NCBI GenBank assembly: GCA_000092065.1
Contig: CP000592.1
DNA: 64,000 bases
Origin: Ostreococcus lucimarinus
Taxonomy: Eukaryota
Strand: one strand, 5' to 3'
This document shows, piece after piece, positions 18,789 to 27,379 of this stretch. Every line of letters begins with the position of its first letter. Within the stretch, counting starts at the first letter, position 1. The notes beneath the pieces are model-generated. The model was not told the DNA's origin. It was given only the letters and a program-made list of their open reading frames with translations, and did not search any database. A program made the position numbers and the translations under genes.

Positions 18789-19694
18789 TTAACGGGATTT
18801 GGAGGGTTTGATGGCGTCGACGACGGTGGCGAGGAATTCTCGCGCGCGACGACGCGCGGCGTCGAAACCGACGAAGGATTTGTCGACGACGTCTCTGAAA
18901 CCGACTCGAGCGACGGCGTAACCGTCGATCGCGCGCGCCTTGATGGCGGACGCGGCGACGGCGACGTACTTCTCGCTGAAATCGCCGACAAAGGCGGTCA
19001 TTTTGCCCGTGTACGCCGTCGTGCGCTCCACGCTCGTCTCCAACAGCGCGTGCAAATTCTCCGTGCTCGATTTCAACATCGGCGCGAGCTTCGGACCGAC
19101 GCCCCCGATCGCGTCCCTGCATCGCGAGATCGCGTCCTCCATCGCCGCCCTGACGTCGTCGGAAAACACCCGCTCGAACGCGTCCGCGACGATCGCCATC
19201 GCTCGCTTCATCGCGTCCTCGCACTTGTCGACGCACCGCCTCGCCGCGCGTTTACACCGCTCCGGCCCGAGCGCGTACGCCACCGCGCATCCCGTCACCG
19301 CGCCCGCGATGAAGTACCCTCGCAGCCCGATCTTCGGCATCATCGTCGTCGATCTCGCGCTCGTCGCCCTCGCGGCGCGCTCTGTCGTCGCTCTCGCGCC
19401 TCCCAGCGTCGTCGGCGTCGTCGTCCCGCCCAGCGCCTTGGTCGCCGTCTCCCTCGCCCGCGTCCACGCCGCCGCGACGCCGTCGCTCGCGCTCGCGCTC
19501 GGCGCGCGCGTCACCGCGTCCGCGACCGTTCGCGCCGAGTCCGACGCCCGTCCGAACATCGCGTCGACGTGCGACGCGACGCTCGGGTCCGATCTTCGCG
19601 CGTAATCGAGCGCGACGTCGACGTATCCAAACTGTCGCTGCGACGCCGCGCCGAGCGCGAACGTCGTCGCGGGCACGACGACGCGGGTCGCCAT
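18789..19694 (-). CDS. Hypothetical protein: a predicted TM segment followed by long amphipathic helices.
   Basis: A 300-aa ORF from Met 84 of ORF 18789..19943, chosen so as not to overlap the 3' end of the D27-like gene. It has no recognisable domain. The hydrophobic stretch is LRGYFIAGAVTGCAVAYALG. Confidence 0.4.
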   Translation of the reverse strand: MATRVVVPATTFALGAASQRQFGYVDVALDYARRSDPSVASHVDAMFGRASDSARTVADAVTRAPSASASDGVAAAWTRARETATKALGGTTTPTTLGGARATTERAARATSARSTTMMPKIGLRGYFIAGAVTGCAVAYALGPERCKRAARRCVDKCEDAMKRAMAIVADAFERVFSDDVRAAMEDAISRCRDAIGGVGPKLAPMLKSSTENLHALLETSVERTTAYTGKMTAFVGDFSEKYVAVAASAIKARAIDGYAVARVGFRDVVDKSFVGFDAARRRAREFLATVVDAIKPSKSR

Positions 19695-19891
19695 TTTTGC
19701 GCGATCGTCTCGCGCCGGTGCGGCGGCGCGGTGTGGCGACGGCGCGACGGGCGCGTCGAGGGAAAGATTTTTTGAATGATCTTTCCCCTCTGGCTGTCGG
19801 GACGACGACGCGGACGCGCGAACGGATTGAAAAAAATGAAAGCGCGCGGCGCGCGGGTGAATGAATGAAGATGAAACTACGGCGTCGTTCA

Positions 19892-21025
19892 CTACTGCGA
19901 TGCGTCGCTCATGGCGTCGCGACGCTCGTCGACGGACCAACACTTGCCGGAGGAGACGACGTCGTCGGCGCGCGAGGCGAAGGCGGCGGCGCTCGCGGCG
20001 GTGCCGTCGGCGTACGCGGCGTCGGCGCGCGCCTCGGCGGAGGCGCGGGCGGCGATTTGTTCTAGGGTTTCACCGGTGTACGTGTCGACGCCGTCGACGA
20101 TGCCGACGCCCGTGGCGACGCGGACGCGCTGGCGGAAGGCGTCTTTTTCGCCCTTGAACTCGGAGTCGCACTTGGAAAAGCAGGGCACCATGACGGCGGC
20201 GTCTTCGTACAGCGGGGGCGGGACGACGTTGAACTTCCATTGGCAGGAAAAGTCGTCGTAGTTGGGTTGAATGTGTAAATCCATCCCAAAGTCCTCCTTC
20301 AACCACTCCTGCGACGGCGCCTTGCACGTGTTCACGCACACGCTCGCGCACTGCGACGTCTCTAAAAACCGACACCGCTCCGCCTTGACGGCTTGCGGCA
20401 CGCGCACAAACTTTGGCACATTCTTAAACGTCTTCGTCAACCACGCCGGCGTGGGAACCTCGACGTGATCGACCCCTTCCATCGGTCCCATGAGCCACGG
20501 AAACAAGTTCGTGAACACCAACACGAACGCGTAATTCGCCGCCCAATCCGGCGTATTCGGCTGGATGGCCTTTTTCCAAATCGGCGGCACGAACCCGATC
20601 CCGATCGCCGGCAGTATCCCAGCGAACACCCGCTTTGCCCGCACTTGCACGTCCCTCGCGTTTCCCTTCATGTCGTTCACCTCCCGCACCGCGCTCATGA
20701 TCCCCTCGAACTCCGTCCACGGCCTCGGATCCCGGTCGACGCCGCCCACCTCTCGCACCAGCAACCCGCGAATCGTCCGCGTCAAGATTTTACTCACCGG
20801 CGACGCGTCCACGCGCGCGTAATCCACCGTCCCGTCCTCGCGCAGCGGTAGCGACGACTGTTTCGGCGTCGCGCCGCGCCACGCCGCGCCCGCGTCGTCG
20901 CGCGACGCGTCCGCGCGTCGTCGCGTCGCGCGTCGTCGCGTCGTCTTATCGCGTCCCGTCGTCGTCGTCGTCGTCGTCGTCGCGCGTCGCGTCGCGCGCG
21001 CGCACGGCGTCGCGACGACGCGCAT
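19892..21025 (-). CDS. D27: Beta-carotene isomerase D27-like (DUF4033), probably plastid-targeted.
   Basis: The C-terminal Cys pattern CRFLETSQCASVCVNTCKAPSQEWLKEDFGMDLHIQPNYDDFSCQWKFNVVPPP...CFSKC matches the D27 family (CRFLEEtnCvgmCtnlCKvPcQ.F....G....PNFEDmSCe..FG..PP...C). The start at Met 154 of ORF 19892..21484 avoids overlapping BMS1. Confidence 0.7.
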   Translation of the reverse strand: MRVVATPCARATRRATTTTTTTTGRDKTTRRRATRRRADASRDDAGAAWRGATPKQSSLPLREDGTVDYARVDASPVSKILTRTIRGLLVREVGGVDRDPRPWTEFEGIMSAVREVNDMKGNARDVQVRAKRVFAGILPAIGIGFVPPIWKKAIQPNTPDWAANYAFVLVFTNLFPWLMGPMEGVDHVEVPTPAWLTKTFKNVPKFVRVPQAVKAERCRFLETSQCASVCVNTCKAPSQEWLKEDFGMDLHIQPNYDDFSCQWKFNVVPPPLYEDAAVMVPCFSKCDSEFKGEKDAFRQRVRVATGVGIVDGVDTYTGETLEQIAARASAEARADAAYADGTAASAAAFASRADDVVSSGKCWSVDERRDAMSDASQ

Positions 21026-21311
21026 CGCGCGCGCGTTCCCGCGTCGGCGTCGACGTCGACGCGCGCGCGCCGTCCGACGCGTCCGACGCGTCGCGGCGTC
21101 GCGACGTCGCGTCGACGCGGGCGACGCGCGTCGTCGCGACCGTCGATCGCGCGATCGTCTCGAACCTCGACGCGTCGATCGATCGCGCGAGACGAAGCTC
21201 GACGCGTCGATCGATCGAACGCGCGCGATGGTTCGATCGCGCGCGCGCGACGCGCGAACGGCCCGCGACGTCCGCGCCGCGCGGCACGACGGCGCGCGCG
21301 CGACGCGCGGC
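21026..21311. promoter_or_regulatory. Putative bidirectional promoter between the D27-like gene (-) and BMS1 (+).
   Basis: Head-to-head arrangement with 286 bp between the inferred start codons. Confidence 0.3.
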
Positions 21312-23315
21312 ATGGACGCGGTGTTCAAGAGCGATGCGAGCGATAAGCCGCACCGCGCGCCGCGCGCGGGGGCGAAGCGCGAGAAGAAGGCGCTGACGGC
21401 GAAGACGAAGCGGGCGCGGCGGGACGGCGGCGGCGGCGGGGACGACGCGACGACGCGCGGTGGGAACAATCCGCGGGCGTTCATATTCAGCGGGGCGAGA
21501 AAGGCGAAGCGGGCGCGGACGGTGGCGATCGAGAAGGCGGAGCGGAAGCTCCGGGCGCCGGTGCGAGAGCTGGGGGGGGGGGAGGAGGCGCCGCCGTTCG
21601 TGGTGTGCGTGCAGGGACCGCCGGGGGTGGGGAAGACGACGCTCGTGCGATCGCTGGTGAAGCACTACACGAGACACGCGCTGAATGAGATCAAAGGACC
21701 GCTGACGCTGGTGACGGGGAAGAAGCGGAAGATACAGATCATGGAGGTGAAGAACGACCTGAACGATATGGTGGACGCGGCGAAGGTGGCGGATTTGGTG
21801 TTGTTGCTCGTGGACGGATCGTTCGGATTCGAGATGGAGACGTTTGAGTTTTTAAACGTGCTGCAGGTGCATGGGTTTCCTCGAGTCATGGGCGTGCTGA
21901 CGCATCTCGACGAGTTTCACGACGTGAAGAAGTTGAAGAAGACGAAGAAGTTGTTGAAGCATCGCTTTTGGACGGAGATTTACGACGGCGCCAAGTTGTT
22001 TTACATTTCTGGCTTATCGAATGGGCGATATAATCTCAGGGACACGATGAACTTGGCGCGATTCATCTCGACGGCGAAGACCAAACCGTTGATTTGGCGA
22101 ACGTCGCATCCATACGTCGTGGGTGACCGTTTCGAGGACATCACAAAGCCAGAGCTCGTGCACGACAATCCCGTGTGCGATCGCGAGGTGGCGCTGTATG
22201 GGTACTTGCACGGATGCAACCTAAAGCACGGACAGCTCGTGCACGTTGCAGGGGTTGGGGACATGGCGGTGAAAGAAATCGCGCAATTGCCCGATCCGTG
22301 TCCGCTGCCGAGCAAGGAGAGAAAGCAGCGAAAATTGGACGAAAAGCAAAAGCTCATTTACGCCCCGATGAGCGACGTCGGTGGTTTATTGTACGATAAA
22401 GACGCGGTATACATCAGTGTCGACGACAAACAAATGAACTTCTCAAAGCGCCAGCTTCGTGAAAAACTTCTCGCGGAAGGGCGTCCGTTGCCAGATGAAC
22501 ACGCGGTGGATTTCGGCGTGGAGATGGTGCACGGTTTGCAGGACACGCGCATCTCCGTCGACGAGAAGCTTCGGAACAGCGAAATATCGCTCTTCAAAGG
22601 AAGTAAAGCGTTGAAAGGGGAAGATTTTCAGAAGAAAGACGCATTCGACGTGGACTCGGACGATGGAGATTCCGAGGGTGATTCGAGCGATGAGGACGAC
22701 TCGGACGACGAGAGCGATAATGGTAGCGACGGCGAAGACGTCGACTTTCCTTCGAGAAAGCAGAAAGCAGGCGACGGTAGAACGCGTCGCGCCGCTGACT
22801 TTGACGAAGAACCCGAGAGAGGATACGAAGACGTCGACAGCGAGGATGAGGATGAGGAGGGTGAGGATGAGGAAGACGACAACGAAGGTCTCGGTCGCGG
22901 CGCGTCCAAGTGGAAAGAAATGATGCAAGGGTACAAACGCGAGAAGACTCTTATGGAGCTCATCTACGACGATACCACGGGCACGACGCGCGGCGAGCGC
23001 GTGAATGAGTCCGGATCCGATTCCGACTCCGAATCAGACTTGTTTAGAAAGCAAGAAGATTCCGATTCAAAGATGGACACACTCGATTCGTTTGATCGAA
23101 CCAAATTCTTACCCGAAGTCCGCTCTGGTTTGGATCTCGACGATCCAGCACTTAGAAATCGATTCGTCACCGGTGATTGGGACGCGGCCAAGGCGCGAAG
23201 TGAGGCGCAACCGCGAGATGAGAACGAAGACGGCGACGAGGACGAAGTCTTTGGCGACTTTGAAGACTTAGAGACGGGTGAAAAGTTTGGACCCGGTGCG
23301 CCGGGCGGTAAAGAC

Positions 23316-23350
<35 letters not shown>

Positions 23351-24839
23351 CGACGGCGATGACGACGACGAAGAAGCGAAACGACTCGAAGAGAAGCGAG
23401 CGAAACACGAGGAGTTCGTATCAGAAGGTGGTGAAAAGTCGGTGAATAAAAAGAGTCCAAATTACGTCGACCCAGACGGTCCATCGTCGTACTTCGAGTT
23501 GGTGAAGAATCAAATGAAGGAAGAGACGGCGCGGTCGCGATCTATTTTGGACACTCTACCCGATCACACGCGGCAAGCGATGGAAGGTTTCCGCCCAGGA
23601 GCGTATCTCCGAATCGTCCTCGCCAGGGCGCCGTGCGAGTGGGTGGAAAACTTTGACCCCACGCGTCCAATCGTCATTGGTGGTATTCTCCCCGGCGAGG
23701 AAATCATGGGTCTTCAACAACTTCGGCTCAAGAAGCATAGGTGGCATCGCAAGACGCTGAAAAATCGTGACCCACTCATTTTTTCTGTCGGCTGGAGACG
23801 ATTCCAAAGCATTCCGGTGTACTCGATGATGGACGCGAATTCTCGTCATCGCATGATCAAGTACACACCCGATCACATGCACTGTTATGCAACATTTTAC
23901 GGACCTTTGAATCCGCAAAATACTGGGGTGATTGCGTTCCAAAGCTTGACGTCATCGCAGGCGAGCTTCAGAATTGCGGCGACGGCGACGGTGCTCGAGT
24001 TTGATCACTCGATTAAAATCGTTAAGAAGCTCAAACTCGTCGGCACGCCGACGAAGGTGTTCAAGAACACCGCCTTCATCTCTGGTATGTTCAATTCTTC
24101 CTTAGAAGTCAGCCGATTTGAGGGTGCTGCGCTTCGAACGGTCTCAGGTATCAGAGGTACGATTAAGAAAGCCGTCAAGCCGGGTGAGGGAACGCACGGA
24201 TCAAAGGATGGTGGCATGAAGGAGGGTAGTTTCCGCGCCTCGTTTGAGGATAAGCTTCTCTTATCGGACATTATCTTCTTACGCACGTGGACCAAGGTGG
24301 ATGTGCCGAAATTCTACAACCCAGTCACGTCGGGCATGATGAAGGACACGAAGGAATGGCGAGGCATGAAAACCGTCGGTCAACTCCGGTTTGAGAAATC
24401 GATGCCGATTCCCGTCAATCCCGATTCCATTTACAAGCCAATCGAGCGACAAAAACGCGTGTTCAACAAACTGCAAGTTCCAAAAGCGCTTCAGCAAGCG
24501 TTACCTTTCAAGTCGAAGCCGAAGTTGGAGAAGGCTCGAACGCGGGAGACGCTCGAGCAGCGGCGCGCCGTCGTTCAAGACAAGGAGGAGAACAAACTCG
24601 CCACCATGGTGCAGCAACTCAACACTATTCGCAACGAAAAGCTCGCGAAGCGCGAACAACAACAAGCCGCGCGTCGCGCCGCTCGCGCGAAAGCACAAAA
24701 GATCGAGGACGAGTGGCGTGGACAGCTCAAGAAGGACAATCTCAAACGAGCGTATCGCGAAAAAGGCAAAGCCGAGGCGGCGCAGGCGCGCGCGAGAGAG
24801 GGCGGCGGCAAGTTTGCGAAGAAGCGCAAGAAATCGTAA
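21312..24839 (+). CDS. BMS1: Ribosome biogenesis GTPase BMS1.
   Basis: The GTPase region PPFVVCVQGPPGVGKTTLVRSLVKHYT...VADLVLLLVDGSFGFEMETFEFLNVLQVHGFPRVMGVLTHLD and the rest of the protein are collinear with BMS1. It has an acidic middle region and a basic C-terminus. The start is at Met 29 of ORF 21228..24839. Confidence 0.9.
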
Positions 24840-24888
24840 TCACCGTCGAAAAAATTGTAATCTATATGTTCTATCGGTTCTACGTAGC

Positions 24889-25572
24889 CTACGCACGAAC
24901 CGTGGTCCCGAAAGCGACCGCCGTTTTACGAACGCCGACGCGATTTCTCATTGGCGGCGCCCGCGTCTTCTCCTCTCGCTCACTCTCATGCGCCACCACG
25001 CGACGTCTCTCGCGCTGCGTCTCCCCCCAAATCTCCTCTGCAATCTCATCTCTAATATCCCTCATCCTTCGCTCGACATCGCGTCGCGCATCGATCGCGA
25101 ACGCCCTCGTCTCCTCGTTTGGAAACCCGCGCCACGCTTCCTCGTCTCCGTTCGTCGCGCGCGTCTCCTTCTTCTCTTTCATCTCCTCCTCCGCGCTCGC
25201 CAACGCGCGCGCGACGACTTGTCTATAATCAAAAGCTCCGCCCAGCGCGCGTTCGACGCGCACGCGCGCCGCGCTCTTCCCCGCCGCGTGGTCCGCGTCG
25301 TCGTCGCGCGCCTCGCGCGAAACAATTGACTCTTCAAGTCGCGCGCGCCTCGTCCGCGCGCTCGCGTCGCCTCGCGCCCCCGCACCGCGCGCGGCGTGCA
25401 CGCGCGCATCGTCACGCGTCGTCTCCGCCTCTTCGTCGCGCTCGAACGCGCGCGCGCGCGTCGTCGTCGTCGTCGTCGTCGCGCCGGTCAGCGTCCCGGT
25501 CGTCGCGCCACCGCCGACGACGAGCGTCGGCGGTCTGTGCCGCTCGAGCGCACCGTTCGCGCGCGCGCGCAT
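24889..25572 (-). CDS. Hypothetical low-complexity protein. It may be non-coding 3' flank.
   Basis: An ORF only, acidic/Arg-rich, with no domain recognisable. Confidence 0.2.
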   Translation of the reverse strand: MRARANGALERHRPPTLVVGGGATTGTLTGATTTTTTTRARAFERDEEAETTRDDARVHAARGAGARGDASARTRRARLEESIVSREARDDDADHAAGKSAARVRVERALGGAFDYRQVVARALASAEEEMKEKKETRATNGDEEAWRGFPNEETRAFAIDARRDVERRMRDIRDEIAEEIWGETQRERRRVVAHESEREEKTRAPPMRNRVGVRKTAVAFGTTVRA

Positions 25573-25897
25573 CGTGCGTTCGAACGCCGTCGTTCGAGCC
25601 GCGCGCGCGCGATCGCGGCGTCGCGGTGTGCCGCGCAGTCAACGAAATGTTTTCAGTTCGCCGTCGCCTCGCCGTCGCCTCGCCGCGAGACACGCCGCGA
25701 GACCGCGCGAACGTACGTAAGATGCGCGAGTTAAGTTACAAAAACCATAATCGGTGACCCATCGCTACTGACGTATTATATCGCGCGCGCGCGCGAGAGA
25801 GACGTAGCTTTTACACAAAACTCGACGTCTCGTCGCGACGGCAATCGTTTGAAATTACGTTCAATTCAGCCCTCGCGATCGCTCGTCGACGACTCGC

Positions 25898-26314
25898 TTA
25901 CTTGTACACCACTTGCGCCGGCGGCGCTTGCACGACGATCACTTGCGGTTGCGGGGCGCCAGCCTGCGGGTTCGCCGCCGCCGCCGCTTGTCGATCGTTG
26001 ATCTCTCGGCTGACCTGGCACTGCAAGCACGGGTGGCAGCAGATGCACGCGATCGTATCGAGCGGGGCCGTCACCCCGACGCGATACAGCGCGCTCTTGA
26101 ACACGCTCCCTCCGTGCACGAGCCCTAGGGGACAGCAGAACATGTACGCGATGTAGTTGATGCAGCACGTCCCGAAGCAATCGCCCGAGCCCGTGCGCTG
26201 CGCGATCGTACCGACGTGGCACGGGCCGCAGCAGCACGCGTACAGGCAGTCACCGACGTCGTCGGTGCAGCCGAAGAGCTGGTTATTCATGTAGACCGGC
26301 GTGTGGACGGACAT
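25898..26314 (-). CDS. PLAC8 / DUF614 family Cys-rich protein (plant cadmium resistance / cell number regulator-like).
   Basis: The CC..CP....CxxC Cys arrangement LFGCTDDVGDCLYACCCGPCHVGTIAQR...CCINYIAYMFCCPLGL...CICCHPCLQCQVSREI is typical of PLAC8. The start is at Met 88 of ORF 25898..26575. Confidence 0.8.
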   Translation of the reverse strand: MSVHTPVYMNNQLFGCTDDVGDCLYACCCGPCHVGTIAQRTGSGDCFGTCCINYIAYMFCCPLGLVHGGSVFKSALYRVGVTAPLDTIACICCHPCLQCQVSREINDRQAAAAANPQAGAPQPQVIVVQAPPAQVVYK

Positions 26315-26904
26315 GGCGCGCGAGGTGGTCGTCGAGCAGTGCCGCGCGCGTCCGATCGTTCGAACGAATTTAGTGTTTCGCCGCCGAACGCGGGAAAGCG
26401 ACGATATCAAGAGATGGGCGTTCGGGGTATCTTTATACGGGATGCGCGCCCATCGCGCGCCCACCGAATCTCCGGTCGAAATCGCCATCACGCGCGCGTA
26501 TTGTGGCGAGATAAGGTGGGCTGGCGATAAATTTGGGGTTCGGCGCGCCGGAGATCGCGCGGTGTCCGTGTTCACCCTAGGGCGGTGCGGCTCGGCGACG
26601 CGCGCGGGAGATCGACGCGCGCGACGCCGACGCCGACGCGCCGTCGCGTTCGCGCGCGCGCGACACCGCTCGAGAGAATTTCACTCGAACGCTCGCGCGC
26701 GCGCGACGGCGCGCTCGACGTCGCGGGCGACGCGCGCGACCGCATTCGCGCGCGCGCGCGCGTCGGATCGCGACGCGCCGCGCGGCGATCGTCGCGACGC
26801 GCGCGACGTCGAGCGAGGGTTCGCGCGATCGAACGCGCGCGGCGGTGGGGCGAAGGCGCGGTGACGGTCGATCGATCGGTCGGATCTCGCGCCGGCGGAG
26901 ATCG

Positions 26905-27010
26905 GCGCGGTCCAGAGGTGGATTGGATCGGATTGGATTGCGTTGGATTGCGTTGGATTGCGTGTGATTGATTGGTCTGATTCGATCGCGTCGATTCGAT
27001 TTGATTGATT
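26905..27010. repeat. GGATTG / GATTCGAT-rich degenerate tandem repeats in the PLAC8 / SAND-PNUTS intergenic region.
   Basis: Direct reading: ggattggatcggattggattgcgttggattgcgttggattgcgtgtgattgattggtctgattcgatcgcgtcgattcgatttgattgatttcgat. Confidence 0.5.
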
Positions 27011-27379
27011 TCGATACGTCGATCTTGGACGTAGAAAAGGCTCGGTTGAACGCGAACCGACGCCCCCCCCGACGAGAACGAGCGATCGCGAGGCGGAACG
27101 CGCCGTCGACGATCGATTGAACGATTTTCATTCTCGCGCGCGCGCTCGCTCGCGAATCGATTTTCTTTCATTGAAAAACACCAACGCGCTCGACGCGCGG
27201 GTAGACGTTCTACGCCGGACTCGATCGGAGAAATTCCGAGAGGACGATAATAGACGTCACCGCGTTTGGCCTGTTAAATAAATAATAGGAACTTCCTCGA
27301 GGCGACCGCCGCGAGAGAAGGGAAGAACAGAGGCGGTTTCGTCCGACTCGACGCTCGCTCGGCGAGTCTTTGACTGGCG

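Noticed and set aside
18940-19775. Plus-strand ORFs 18940..19605 and 19050..19775.
   Set aside because: They are antisense to the hypothetical gene 18789..19694, and their translations are low-complexity. Only one strand is likely coding, and the minus-strand product has more protein-like helices.
20946-21677. A minus-strand 243-aa ORF with an Asp run and Arg-rich sequence.
   Set aside because: It covers the D27/BMS1 divergent promoter and the 5' part of BMS1 in antisense. It is a composition artefact.
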